Positions 31,008 to 40,464 of a DNA stretch of 64,000 nucleotides are shown here, in pieces (position 1 is the stretch's first letter; every line of letters begins with the position of its first letter). The notes below the pieces were generated by a model. That model did no database searches. It saw only the letters and a list, made by a program, of their open reading frames with translations, and was not told the origin of the DNA. The translations under genes and the position numbers were made by a program. Source of the DNA: an uncultured Verrucomicrobiae bacterium (GTDB lineage Bacteria > Verrucomicrobiota > Verrucomicrobiia > Limisphaerales > DASXHY01); the NCBI GenBank assembly GCA_963699145.1, contig OY969416.1:453293-517292 (forward strand), given 5' to 3'.

Positions 31008-33335
31008 ATGTCTGCCACCAGTCTGACAACTGAACTCTCCGTTTCGGGAATGACGTGCGGCAATTGCGCGCGCCACGTCACCGAGGCCATCCAGAGCGTG
31101 CCCGGCGTTCACAGCGCGACGGTCAGCCTGGATTCTCACAGCGCTGCCGTGCGATGGTCGGCGGGCAGTTCGCGCAATCCCACAGCGGTGGTCGCTGCCA
31201 TCGAAAAAGAAGGCTACCGCGCCAAGGTGATTGAGGCTCACGAACCCGATGCCGCACAGCACGCGCTGGCGGGCTGGCACTTTAACCTCGTCATCGCTGT
31301 GCTCGGCACTGCGCCGCTGATGATTGGCGAATGGGTTTTTCAACAGGGCATGAGGCCGTGGTTCCAGTGGTTTTCCTTCGTGCTAGCCACCATCGTGCAG
31401 ATTTTTGCCGGCGCGCAATTTTATCGCGGCGCGTGGAACCAATTAAAAGTCCGCAGCTCGAACATGGACACGCTGGTGGCGCTGGGCTCGACCACCGCTT
31501 ACGCGTTCAGCGTCTGGGCGTTGTTCAGCGGCTTCAAGACGCACCTCTATTTCATGGAAGCCGCGTCGATCATTACGCTGATCAGCGTGGGGCATTGGAT
31601 TGAATCGCGCGTGACCGTGCGTGCCTCTGATGCGCTGAAAAAATTGCTGAACCTTGCGCCGCCAACCGCGCGGCGCGTGGGTGGCAGTGGCACGGGCGTC
31701 TCGCCCGTGAGTTCCGATTCGCACGGGCAGGATGCCCGTGCCACTAATGGCGTCGAAGAACAAGTTCCCGTGGCAGATTTGAAAATCGGCGATCTCATCG
31801 TGCTCCGCCCCGGCGACGCCGTTCCCACGGACGGCAAAGTTATCGAAGGCGCTTCCGCGGTCGATGAAGCCATGCTGACCGGCGAATCCGCGCCGATTGA
31901 TAAAACCACGGGCAGCGATTTGTTTGCCGGCACCGTCAATCTCAACGGCCGGCTCGTCATGCGCGTGACCGCCATGGGCGATGAAACCGCGCTCGCGCAC
32001 ATCATTGCCTCCGTGCAACGCGCCCAGACCAGCCGCGCAAACATCCAGCGGCTCGGAGATCGCGTCAGCAGCGTGTTCGTCCCGATCGTGGCGTGCATCG
32101 CGTTGGCGGCGGGATTGTGGTGGGGACTGAATCCCGCATCCGCCAATCACGCGCATCAGTGGCTTGCGAAATTCCTCTGGCACGCGCACCCGCCGGATCC
32201 AACGGCGGCGGGGTTCATCATCGCGGCGGCGGTTTTGATTATCGCTTGCCCGTGCGCGATGGGTCTTGCCACGCCGGCAGCCATCATGGCCGGGTCGAAT
32301 GCCGCGGCGCGGCGCGGGATTTTGATTCGCGATGGTGTGGCGCTCGAAAAGGCGGGACAAATCACCGCGGTGATTTTTGACAAGACCGGCACGCTGACTT
32401 TTGGCAAGCCGGAGGTTGCGGCCATCGCCGCGCCGAATACTGCCGGTGGCTGGGAGACTGTGCCGCCATCCGGCGCGCCAGTCGCGCTTGCGGCTGCGCT
32501 CGCGCGTCATTCCACTCATCCCATCAGCCAGGCCATTGCAAAATTGTCCGGCGAAAAAATTGAGGTGAATGAGTGGAAAGAACTTCGCGGGGCGGGAGTG
32601 GAAGGAAACATCGAACGCCGAACGCTGAACGCCGAACGCCGAAGTGAAAAATTGCGGCTCGGATCGTTGCGATGGTTGCGCGAGACGGGATTAAGCGTTT
32701 CCGTTGCGGAAAATTTCATCAAGGAATGGTCGGAGCAAGGCGCGACTATTGTCGGCCTGGCGAATGACACGAGTTGGCTCGCCCTGTTTGCCGTAAAAGA
32801 CACCGTCAAGCCCGGCTCGGCGAAAGTCGTCGAACAGCTTTCGCGGCAGGGTTTCAAAACCTATCTGGTTACCGGCGATAACGCGTTGACGGCGGCAGGC
32901 ATCGCGCGGCAAACCGGCATTTTAGCCGAAAATGTTTTTGCGGAAATCCGACCGGAACACAAAGCGGAGTTCGTCAAAAAACTGCAGGCGCAAGGTGAGC
33001 GCGTGGCGTTTGTAGGCGACGGTATCAATGACGCACCCGCGCTGGAGCAGGCGGACCTCGGAATCGCCGTGAGCCGCGCGAGTGATGTCGCGCGCGAGGC
33101 GGCGGACATTATTTTGCTGAAATCGGATATCGAAGCGGTGCCGGAAGCGCTCGGGCTCGCGCGGGCGACGTTGCGGACCATCAAACAGAATTTGTTTTGG
33201 GCCTTCTTCTACAATTGCATCGGGATTCCACTCGCGGCGTTGGGGTTCATGAGCCCGATTTTGTGCGCGGCTGCGATGGGATTCTCGGACCTGATCGTGA
33301 TCGGAAACGCGCTGCGGTTGCGGGGAAGAAAGTAG
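31008..33335 (+). CDS. copA: Cu(I)-type P1B heavy-metal ATPase carrying in-frame repeat-derived insertions
   Basis: GMTCGNC, NMDTLVALG, TGES, ACPCAMGLATP, DKTGT, GDGINDAPAL, FFYN. Confidence 0.92.
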   Translation: MSATSLTTELSVSGMTCGNCARHVTEAIQSVPGVHSATVSLDSHSAAVRWSAGSSRNPTAVVAAIEKEGYRAKVIEAHEPDAAQHALAGWHFNLVIAVLGTAPLMIGEWVFQQGMRPWFQWFSFVLATIVQIFAGAQFYRGAWNQLKVRSSNMDTLVALGSTTAYAFSVWALFSGFKTHLYFMEAASIITLISVGHWIESRVTVRASDALKKLLNLAPPTARRVGGSGTGVSPVSSDSHGQDARATNGVEEQVPVADLKIGDLIVLRPGDAVPTDGKVIEGASAVDEAMLTGESAPIDKTTGSDLFAGTVNLNGRLVMRVTAMGDETALAHIIASVQRAQTSRANIQRLGDRVSSVFVPIVACIALAAGLWWGLNPASANHAHQWLAKFLWHAHPPDPTAAGFIIAAAVLIIACPCAMGLATPAAIMAGSNAAARRGILIRDGVALEKAGQITAVIFDKTGTLTFGKPEVAAIAAPNTAGGWETVPPSGAPVALAAALARHSTHPISQAIAKLSGEKIEVNEWKELRGAGVEGNIERRTLNAERRSEKLRLGSLRWLRETGLSVSVAENFIKEWSEQGATIVGLANDTSWLALFAVKDTVKPGSAKVVEQLSRQGFKTYLVTGDNALTAAGIARQTGILAENVFAEIRPEHKAEFVKKLQAQGERVAFVGDGINDAPALEQADLGIAVSRASDVAREAADIILLKSDIEAVPEALGLARATLRTIKQNLFWAFFYNCIGIPLAALGFMSPILCAAAMGFSDLIVIGNALRLRGRK
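31686..31745. repeat. 60-bp REP-like palindrome inserted in frame in copA
   Basis: Terminal IR agtggcacgggc/gcccgtgccact; right arm matches intergenic 47816-47839 at 23/24 nt. Confidence 0.88.
32607..32643. repeat. Heptamer tandem array inside copA
   Basis: aacatcg aacgccg aacgctg aacgccg aacgccg aa. Confidence 0.8.
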
Positions 33336-33362
33336 GAGACGACGCCTGCCTCGCCGTAGTTC

Positions 33363-33543
33363 TAGAGCGTTGACAGAAATGATGTAGCGGTGTGCAGCGA
33401 GGATTTTTGATTTTTGGCAAGGCTTCGGCGAAGGAGCAGGTTTGATAAACCCTGTGACTGAGCCGAAACGAAGCCAAAAATCAAAAAGACCGCTGTTCAC
33501 ACCACCAACAACACACCGCTACAGCATTTATGGAAACGCTCTA
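33363..33543. mobile_element. ~180-bp MITE/REPIN-like long hairpin
   Basis: Terminal IR tagagcgtt/aacgctcta; inner IRs tgtagcggtgtg/cacaccgctaca and tttttgatttttggc/gccaaaaatcaaaaa. Confidence 0.7.
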
Positions 33544-33889
33544 ACGAAGGCGGGTGAGGAGTCTCTGAAACTCAAAACATCGTCAGAACAACTCTCTGGA
33601 TCAATCGCGAAATACCCCGGCTTGTGCGGCAGTCTCGCCTCGTTCAGCAAGCACGCGCATGATCCACTTAACGACCTGGTCCAGGTATTGGGGATTCTCC
33701 AGATCAACGTGATCATTTAACAAAACCTCCAATGTGTCCTCTCCAACCTTCGACACTTCAGCAACCATGTCCTCATGCTCCTCCAAACACGATTGCACGA
33801 GAGACGCTTCACGTAACCCGGACAATTGCAGCCTGGTCTTGCGCGTAGGATGGAGTGGTCCGCTCACATGATTTCGCGGAACGGTGGCT

Positions 33890-34396
33890 TTAAGACGCTG
33901 GATGCCGCAGGGTAATGGAGCACATGTTCGTGCAGCTTTCCTCTTCCAGCGCTTGCGGCGGCGCGTTGGTGGCGGCCGGCTTCTTGTGCTGCTGCTGCTT
34001 CTTCATGAGGTCGTCGAAAGTCTTCTTCTGGTCCGGCGTCAATTCCTGGCAGACTTTTTTCTGAACATCATCGTATTCGTCATGGATGTCCGGCGCCACT
34101 TGGTCCCAAAGATCGCGAATGCGTCCCTGCGAGTCCTCGATGATTTTTTCGATGCGCGCGTGTTGTTCCGGAGTGAGGTCGAGATCCTTTTGCACGCGAC
34201 CCATCAATTCCACCTTGCGCAGTTGCTCGAGCGAAAGCGGCGGTTGCGAGGGATGGTTGCCCGCGTGGAGCGCGTTGGCAGCGATGGGTGCGGGCACGGG
34301 CTTGGCCGCTTCAGACATCCGGGTCGCGACGTGGCCGGTGACGAATCCGGCGCCGAAAATCACCAGCACCGCAAGAATGGCTTTCCAGGTGTTCAC
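33890..34396 (-). CDS. Membrane-anchored periplasmic helical protein (Spy/CpxP-like), third gene of the ECF cluster
   Basis: N-terminal WKAILAVLVIFGAGFVTG; LDLTPEQ and LTPDQ motifs. Confidence 0.75.
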   Translation of the reverse strand: MNTWKAILAVLVIFGAGFVTGHVATRMSEAAKPVPAPIAANALHAGNHPSQPPLSLEQLRKVELMGRVQKDLDLTPEQHARIEKIIEDSQGRIRDLWDQVAPDIHDEYDDVQKKVCQELTPDQKKTFDDLMKKQQQHKKPAATNAPPQALEEESCTNMCSITLRHPAS

Positions 34397-34716
34397 TGGG
34401 CCGAGTTATCGCTCTGGTCCACCGCTGCGAGCAACGTGTTGTCCAATTGCTGAGCCAGGTCCACCGTGGGAGTTTGGTTGTTTTTGGAGGATTCGACGAA
34501 AGCCCAGCCGCTGAAGAGGAGCATGATCGCCACGCAGGGTGCGGCCGCATACCAAAGAGCCTTGGCCCAGACCGCCCAGACGTCCTGCACCGGCCGTCCC
34601 GTGAGAAGAGCCATGATGCGTTTCTCGAACGCCAGCGGCACGCGGTCGCTCGGCGGATTCGCGCGCGCAACGGCGATCAACTTTTTTTCCAGATCAATCA
34701 GCTTCATACTGCTCAT
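34393..34716 (-). CDS. Putative single-TM anti-sigma factor
   Basis: Directly downstream of ECF sigma; VPLAFEKRIMA then a TM helix; GTGA overlap with next gene. Confidence 0.7.
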   Translation of the reverse strand: MSSMKLIDLEKKLIAVARANPPSDRVPLAFEKRIMALLTGRPVQDVWAVWAKALWYAAAPCVAIMLLFSGWAFVESSKNNQTPTVDLAQQLDNTLLAAVDQSDNSAQ

Positions 34717-34745
34717 AACTTTAGACGCCTCGTATTTTAGTACAG

Positions 34746-35321
34746 TTACAGATACTTATCTTTTGCGATTTTCGCCAAAATCTTGCGCATTTCCGCCCGG
34801 GCGCGAAAGGCCCGCACCTTCACCAGCGGCACCGACCAGCCGGTCAATTTTGATATCTCTTTCACCGAACGGTCTTCGATTTCAAGTAGGGTAATCACCA
34901 GCCGCGCTGGCGGCGATAGATGTTGCAGCACGCGCTGGACCAATTGTTGAGCCGCCTCCGCATCTTCCCGGATGGCGCCCGGCTGATGGATGAATCGATC
35001 CAACCAATCGTCCTCCGGCTCGCTCAAGTCCGAAAACGCCGATTCCCGGTTGCGCTGGTGGCTGCGCAAAAAGTCGTAGCACGTCCGCACCGCCAGGCGC
35101 ATCAGCCAATGTTCGAACGGCGCTTCGCCGCGAAAACTCCCCAGTTTTTGATAGGCTTTGAGCCAGACCTCCTGGACGATGTCCTCGATCTCGCTCTCGC
35201 GGCGGGCGTACCGCCGGGCGGTGGCAAAAACGCGGGGGGAATACTTCTCAATTAACGGCTCGAAGCTCGCGGCATCGCCTTTCAAGACTGCCGCGATCAG
35301 TTCGGCTTCGGTCCGTTCCAT
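34746..35321 (-). CDS. ECF RNA polymerase sigma factor
   Basis: EDIVQEVWLKAY..L.SFRGEA.FEHWL; SVKEISKLTGWSVPLVKVRAFRAR. Confidence 0.93.
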   Translation of the reverse strand: MERTEAELIAAVLKGDAASFEPLIEKYSPRVFATARRYARRESEIEDIVQEVWLKAYQKLGSFRGEAPFEHWLMRLAVRTCYDFLRSHQRNRESAFSDLSEPEDDWLDRFIHQPGAIREDAEAAQQLVQRVLQHLSPPARLVITLLEIEDRSVKEISKLTGWSVPLVKVRAFRARAEMRKILAKIAKDKYL

Positions 35322-35774
35322 TGATTGCGAACTATGCCAGACTGTTGCTGAAGTCCAAAAGGGGTTTTTTTTGCAGGCCGTTTAAAAAACACCAAATCCT
35401 TACCGCTCCGGGGAACTGAACTTCGTGGGATCGAAGAGAACGGGCCTGGATCTGAAGCGAGCGGGTGGGGCGAGCGTCACTGCCATTAAATTAAGGAAAA
35501 AAATGATGCGAAATAATCGAGACGCATGTTCGACTCCCTCCCCGTGAACCTCAGGGCAAACGCATCTAAATTTCATTAACACCGCGGCTTTAGCCCGGTG
35601 TCTGAGGGGTTTCGCTCATTATTTTGGGGCGGTTCCATCTGTTCCAAAGTAATTATTTTGTATATTGAAAATCCCCCTCCTCCTTAACTTAATGGCCGTG
35701 GGGCGGCGTCCTCGCGAGCCGAGCCGCAGATGAGCGGCTTGTCCGGAGGTTCAACCGAACTTATGAAACCACTT

Positions 35775-36248
35775 CTAAATCTTTTGCGAGTAACGCAGAA
35801 TCTTGAAATCCGGCGTGTCGCGAATTTCTTCCGCCAACTCGAACCGATCCTCAAACGCCGGGAAAAAAGCGTCGCCCTCCACCTCGCGTTTCACCAGCGT
35901 CAGATACAAATCCGAGCACAGCGGCAACGCCTGCGCATACACCTGCGCGCCGCCACAGATGAACACCTCGCGCGCTTCGTGCACGACATCGATCTGGCTC
36001 AAATCCGAAACCGTGCGCACGCCGGGATAGGCAAATTGCGAGCGGCTGAGAATGATGGTCTCGCGATTCGGCAACGGCTTGCCGATGGATTCAAACGTCT
36101 TGCGCCCCATCACCACCACGTTGCCGGTGGTGAGTTGTTTGAACCACTTGAAATCCTCCGGCAAATGCCAAGGGATCCGGCTCCCCGCGCCAATGACGCG
36201 GTTAAGCGACATGGCAGCGATGGCTTTGAAGTGTTTGTTGGAGTTCAA
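35775..36248 (-). CDS. folA: Dihydrofolate reductase
   Basis: IAAMSLNRVIG..IPWHLPEDF, VVMGRKTFESIGKPLPNR, ICGGAQVY, EGDAFFP. Confidence 0.95.
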   Translation of the reverse strand: MNSNKHFKAIAAMSLNRVIGAGSRIPWHLPEDFKWFKQLTTGNVVVMGRKTFESIGKPLPNRETIILSRSQFAYPGVRTVSDLSQIDVVHEAREVFICGGAQVYAQALPLCSDLYLTLVKREVEGDAFFPAFEDRFELAEEIRDTPDFKILRYSQKI

Positions 36249-36461
36249 GCTTCAGCTTGTTTGATTTCGGACTACGAAAATCGTTTTAAAATCTGGCGCA
36301 CCGCCGCTTCGCACACGTCAGCAAAAATGCCCGGTCCCCGTTGGAATTCAAGCTTGTTGCTTAGTCGGGGATGAAGCTTCGGCTTGTTGCATGGTTGGAG
36401 TTCAAGCTTTAGCTTGTCCCTCCTCAATGGCGTGAACGAACAAGCTAAAGCTTGAACTCCA
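36237..36461. repeat. Cluster of REP-like units between thyA and folA
   Basis: gttggagttcaagctt(c/t)agcttgt at 36237 and 36394, degenerate copy at 36340, inverted copy at 36440-36461. Confidence 0.85.
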
Positions 36462-36462
36462 G

Positions 36463-37257
36463 CTACACCGCAATCGGAGCCTTGATGCCCGGATGCGGAT
36501 CGTAACCCTCAAGCGTGAAATCCTCGAACTTGAAGTCGTGGATGTTCTTCACCGCGGGATTCAATTTCATCGTCGGCAACGCGCGCGGCTCGCGGCTGAG
36601 CTGCAACTTCGCCTGCTCCAAGTGATTCGCATACAGATGCAGATCGCCAAACGTGTGGACAAATTCGCCGGGCTTCAGGTCGCAAACCTGCGCAACCATC
36701 AGCGTCAACAACGCGTAACTCGCGATGTTGAACGGCACGCCCAAAAATAAATCCGCGCTGCGCTGGTAGAGCTGGCAGCTCAATTCGCCGTCCACCACGT
36801 AAAATTGAAACAACGCATGGCACGGCGCTAGATTCATCTTATCGATCTCACCGGCATTCCACGCGCTCACCATGTGGCGGCGGCTGTCGGGATTTTTTTT
36901 GATCTGCTCGATGACCTGGTCCACCTGGTTGATGGAGCGACCATCGGGCGTGCGCCAATCCGACCATTGCGCGCCGTAAATGCGCCCGAGATCGCCCTTT
37001 TCATCCGCCCATTCGTCCCAGATGGTCACGCCGTGCTCGTTGAGATATTTGACGTTCGTCTCGCCGCGCAAAAACCAGAGCAACTCGTAAATGATGGATT
37101 TAACGTGCAGCTTCTTCGTAGTGAGCAGCGGGAAATTCTTTTGCAACGGAAACCGCGCCTGCGCACCGAACACGGAATACGTGCCCGTGCCCGTGCGATC
37201 GGACTTGAACCTGCCCTGATCGAGCACGAGGCGGAGGAGATCGTGATATTGCTTCAT
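36463..37257 (-). CDS. thyA: Thymidylate synthase
   Basis: [38 protein letters not shown]. Confidence 0.97.
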   Translation of the reverse strand: MKQYHDLLRLVLDQGRFKSDRTGTGTYSVFGAQARFPLQKNFPLLTTKKLHVKSIIYELLWFLRGETNVKYLNEHGVTIWDEWADEKGDLGRIYGAQWSDWRTPDGRSINQVDQVIEQIKKNPDSRRHMVSAWNAGEIDKMNLAPCHALFQFYVVDGELSCQLYQRSADLFLGVPFNIASYALLTLMVAQVCDLKPGEFVHTFGDLHLYANHLEQAKLQLSREPRALPTMKLNPAVKNIHDFKFEDFTLEGYDPHPGIKAPIAV

Positions 37258-37314
37258 CTGCGCGGCTGATTAAATCGGCAAAAGGAAATTTCTGCAAGCT
37301 CGGGACTGATTGGG

Positions 37315-37647
37315 CTAAGCGCTCGGTGGCTCAATCAATCGGCGCGGTAAATCGCGGGAGCCATGGACGAGACGCCAAGCTTGTAGAACATTTCCTTCAA
37401 TTTTGTAAAAAACAAGTAAGTTCTGAAATGGCCGACCGACGTGAAATGAACGAAGATTTTGAAGCAAAGGGTGTCGAAATCTCTGTAGGCGTCCAAGTTC
37501 AGGCTGGGTTGCCAACAGCGGCAAAGTATCAGCCACCGCGCGCAGAAAGCGCTCTGCCACCGTCGCATCGGCCTTAATTAAGTACCAACGGTATTGCTGG
37601 TCGAAGTCGGCGTTGAAATCATCGGAGCGCTCTATCGACAGCTTCAT
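37315..37647 (-). CDS. ParE/RelE-family toxin
   Basis: 110 aa; D.D....WY...A...VAERF, P.LGR, LRSF, LVFY, RLVHGSRD. Confidence 0.8.
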   Translation of the reverse strand: MKLSIERSDDFNADFDQQYRWYLIKADATVAERFLRAVADTLPLLATQPELGRLQRFRHPLLQNLRSFHVGRPFQNLLVFYKIEGNVLQAWRLVHGSRDLPRRLIEPPSA

Positions 37648-37913
37648 TTCTGTCGTTTTGCTCTGTGTTCACGCAATGCTTCGTCGGCAATCTCGCGAAG
37701 CTCACCTTCGCGATAAGGCCTGAAGGGGCCATTGGCTGCTTTTAGCAATTCTGCCTCGAGTTCCGGACTATCTTCGTCCAAATCCAAAGCCACACCGGGA
37801 AACAGCGTCACTTTTTTTTCACCATCCGAAACGACAATGATTTCGCCTTCGAGCGCTTGGGCAATAAGTTTACCGAGCTGCCCCTCAGCTTCCTGGACGG
37901 TTACGGCTTTCAT
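37644..37913 (-). CDS. Phd/YefM-like antitoxin
   Basis: MKAVTVQEA...LGKLI..A..GE.I.V; ATGA overlap with toxin. Confidence 0.72.
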   Translation of the reverse strand: MKAVTVQEAEGQLGKLIAQALEGEIIVVSDGEKKVTLFPGVALDLDEDSPELEAELLKAANGPFRPYREGELREIADEALREHRAKRQK

Positions 37914-37965
37914 GGCTTCATTCTACCCTTGCGCAGGCAGTGCTGCAAGCGGCTTCGCTGCCGCT

Positions 37966-39204
37966 TCACTCCCCAAAAAACTTCTGAATTTCCTTCAACA
38001 CCTCCACGAGCCGATCGATTTCCTCCGTCGTGTTGTAGAAATAAAAGCTCGCGCGCGAAGTCGATTCCACGCCCAGCTTGTGCATCAGCGCCTGCGTGCA
38101 ATGATGCCCGCCGCGCAGCGCAATGCCGCGCTGATTGGCCAACTCCGTCACGTCATGCGCATGCACGCCATTCAGCAGAAAACTCACCAGTCCCGCGCGA
38201 CCCACGTGCGGGCCGAACAGCCGAATGTTTTTCAGGCCGGAAAGTTTTGCGAACGCATACGCCCCCAATTCCAAATCATGCGCGGCAATTTTGTCGCGGC
38301 CAATGGCATCGAGATAATCCATCGCGGCGCCCAAACCGATGGCTCCCGCAATGTCCGGCGTGCCCGCCTCAAACTTATGCGGCGCGTGTTTCCAGGTGCT
38401 CTTCTCGTATTCGACGTTCAGAATCATTTCACCGCCACCGTGGTACGGCGGCATTTTATCCAGAACCTCGTAGCGACCGTAAAGCGCGCCGATGCCCGTC
38501 GGTCCGCACATCTTGTGGCCGGACAACGCGAGAAAATCGCACCCGATTTCCTGCACGTCGAGCGGGCGATGCCCCGCGCTCTGCGCCGCATCCACAAACG
38601 TCGTCACACCCAGCTTGCGCGCGCGCGCACACAACTCGACCAGCGGGTTGATGGTCCCCAGCGAATTCGAAATGTGCACCAGCGAGAACATCTTCACGCG
38701 CGAGGTGAGAAATTCATCCACGCGGTTCATATCCAACTGCCCGATGTCGCCCGTCACCGGCAGGAACGCCAGCTTCGCGCCCGTGCGTTCAGCCAGCATC
38801 TGCCACGGCACGAGATTGCTATGGTGCTCCATTTCCGTGAGCAAAATCACATCGCCGTCCTTGACGTTCTGATTGCCCCACGCGGTCGCCACAAGATTCA
38901 TGCCCTCGGTGCTGCCGCGCGTAAAAACGATTTCGTCCGCGCTGCGGGCATTCAGGAATTTCGCCGTGCGCGTGCGCGCCGCTTCAAACGCGTTCGTCGC
39001 GCGATTGCTCAACTCATGGATACCGCGGTGGACATTCGCATTGTCGTGCTCGTAATAATGCACCAGCGCATCGATCACCGCGCGCGGTTTCTGCGACGTG
39101 GCGGCGTTGTCGAAATAAATCAGCGGATGCCCATGCACCTTTTGGTCGAGGATGGGGAAATCCTTCCGCAGGCTGGAAAAATCGATTGTCTTTGGGTCTT
39201 TCAT
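37966..39204 (-). CDS. sufS: Cysteine desulfurase SufS
   Basis: YFDNAATSQKP, NVHRG, EHHSN, SGHKMCGPTG, RGGHHC. Confidence 0.95.
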   Translation of the reverse strand: MKDPKTIDFSSLRKDFPILDQKVHGHPLIYFDNAATSQKPRAVIDALVHYYEHDNANVHRGIHELSNRATNAFEAARTRTAKFLNARSADEIVFTRGSTEGMNLVATAWGNQNVKDGDVILLTEMEHHSNLVPWQMLAERTGAKLAFLPVTGDIGQLDMNRVDEFLTSRVKMFSLVHISNSLGTINPLVELCARARKLGVTTFVDAAQSAGHRPLDVQEIGCDFLALSGHKMCGPTGIGALYGRYEVLDKMPPYHGGGEMILNVEYEKSTWKHAPHKFEAGTPDIAGAIGLGAAMDYLDAIGRDKIAAHDLELGAYAFAKLSGLKNIRLFGPHVGRAGLVSFLLNGVHAHDVTELANQRGIALRGGHHCTQALMHKLGVESTSRASFYFYNTTEEIDRLVEVLKEIQKFFGE

Positions 39205-39213
39205 CTAAAAATC

Positions 39214-39293
39214 AACCACGGATAAACACCGATGAACACAGATAAAAACTAAAGCCAATCTTCATCCGTGTTTATCCGTGTCCATCCGTGGTT
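39214..39293. repeat. Inverted decamer arrays filling the sufT-sufS spacer
   Basis: aaccacggataaacaccgatgaacacagat / atccgtgtttatccgtgtccatccgtggtt. Confidence 0.88.
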
Positions 39294-39297
39294 AAAA

Positions 39298-39852
39298 TTA
39301 CATTAATCCGAGCTGCAGTTTCGCCGCTTCGCTCAGCATGCTCTGGTTCCACGGCGGTTCCCAAACAAGTTCCACCGCCACGTCATCCACCGACTCGAGG
39401 CTCAGCAATTTATTTTGCACGTCCTGTTGCAACACCGGGCCCATGCCGCAACCGGGCGCGGTCAACGTCATCTTTACCCCCACGCGATAACTGCTCTCCG
39501 CGATCGGCTCGATGTGGCAATCATAAATCAACCCCAGGTCCACCACGTTCACCGGAATTTCCGGATCGTAACACGTGCGCAATTGATTCCAGATTTCCTT
39601 CTCGACCTGTTCCTGCGTGACGGGGCCGGACGCTGTGCCGGTTTCCTGCTGCGCGACTTGCATGCCCAGCGCGTCGGCGTCCTTGCCCTCGATGCGGAAC
39701 ATATTTCCATTCACGACCACGGTATAACTGCCGCCGAGCGACTGCGTGACGGTCGCCTGCTCGCCTTTTTGCAGCGTGACCTTGGTGCCGATGGGAATGA
39801 CCGACGCCTCCACATCGCGGCTCAACGTGATTGGTTCTGAGTTGCCATGCAT
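39298..39852 (-). CDS. sufT: Fe-S assembly protein SufT (DUF59)
   Basis: TQSLGGSYTV, CYDPEIPVNVVDLGLIY, MTLTAPGCGMG, LVWEPPW. Confidence 0.9.
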   Translation of the reverse strand: MHGNSEPITLSRDVEASVIPIGTKVTLQKGEQATVTQSLGGSYTVVVNGNMFRIEGKDADALGMQVAQQETGTASGPVTQEQVEKEIWNQLRTCYDPEIPVNVVDLGLIYDCHIEPIAESSYRVGVKMTLTAPGCGMGPVLQQDVQNKLLSLESVDDVAVELVWEPPWNQSMLSEAAKLQLGLM

Positions 39853-39906
39853 AAATCCAAAATAAACCGATTTCCGGTCTTTGCCAGTTTGTAAATCTGC
39901 CAAGGT

Positions 39907-39966
39907 GGTAGGGCGCGTCGCTCCGCGCGCGCTGCGGCGTGTGTCCGCTTAACGGCGCGCCCTACC
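39907..39966. repeat. REP-like palindrome in the sufU-sufT spacer
   Basis: ggtagggcgcg / cgcgccctacc. Confidence 0.8.
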
Positions 39967-39998
39967 CGCCACAGGCCAACAGCTCATTTTCCGCAGGT

Positions 39999-40457
39999 TT
40001 AAACCTGCTCGTTCTCCGTGCTCACCGGTTGCTGCCCCTCGCCCTTCAGCGCCGCCATCAACGCATGCCACGAAAGAATCGCGCACTTCACCCGCGCGGG
40101 ATATTTGTGCACACCCGCGAACACCGCCAGCTTGCCCACGTCGCCATTCACCTTGCCCGTCATCACCATTTCATGGACGAGATCGAACATCGCCTGCACT
40201 TCCGCCTTCGATTTGCCTTTGATGTTATCCGTCAGCAACGACGCCGACGCTTTCGAAATGCAACAACCCTCGCCGACGAAACTGGCGTCCGCGATTTTAT
40301 CGCCCTCCACCGTCAAAAAGAGCTTCAATCGATCGCCACACAACGGATTGTGCCCCTGGGCCGAGCAAGTGGCCGCCGGCGCTTCGTGAAAATTGCGCGG
40401 CTTCTTGCAGTGATCCAGGATGACCTGCTGATAAAGATCGTTTAGGTCGTCGAACAT
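39999..40457 (-). CDS. sufU: SUF system NifU-family protein SufU
   Basis: LYQQVILDH, NPLCGD, GCCISKASAS, RVKCA. Confidence 0.93.
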   Translation of the reverse strand: MFDDLNDLYQQVILDHCKKPRNFHEAPAATCSAQGHNPLCGDRLKLFLTVEGDKIADASFVGEGCCISKASASLLTDNIKGKSKAEVQAMFDLVHEMVMTGKVNGDVGKLAVFAGVHKYPARVKCAILSWHALMAALKGEGQQPVSTENEQV

Positions 40458-40464
40458 CGTGAAT

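Noticed and set aside
32436-32476. Possible third repeat-derived insertion in copA (NTAGGWETVPPSG)
   Set aside because: Only a weak imperfect palindrome, with no second copy in the window
33601-33867. 88-aa minus-strand ORF in a low-GC patch
   Set aside because: No recognisable family and competing short frames; cannot be called a gene from sequence alone
35400-35760. Riboswitch or 6S RNA between the ECF sigma gene and folA
   Set aside because: Only short REP-like hairpins (e.g. caccgcggctttagcccggtg) seen; no diagnostic RNA family motif
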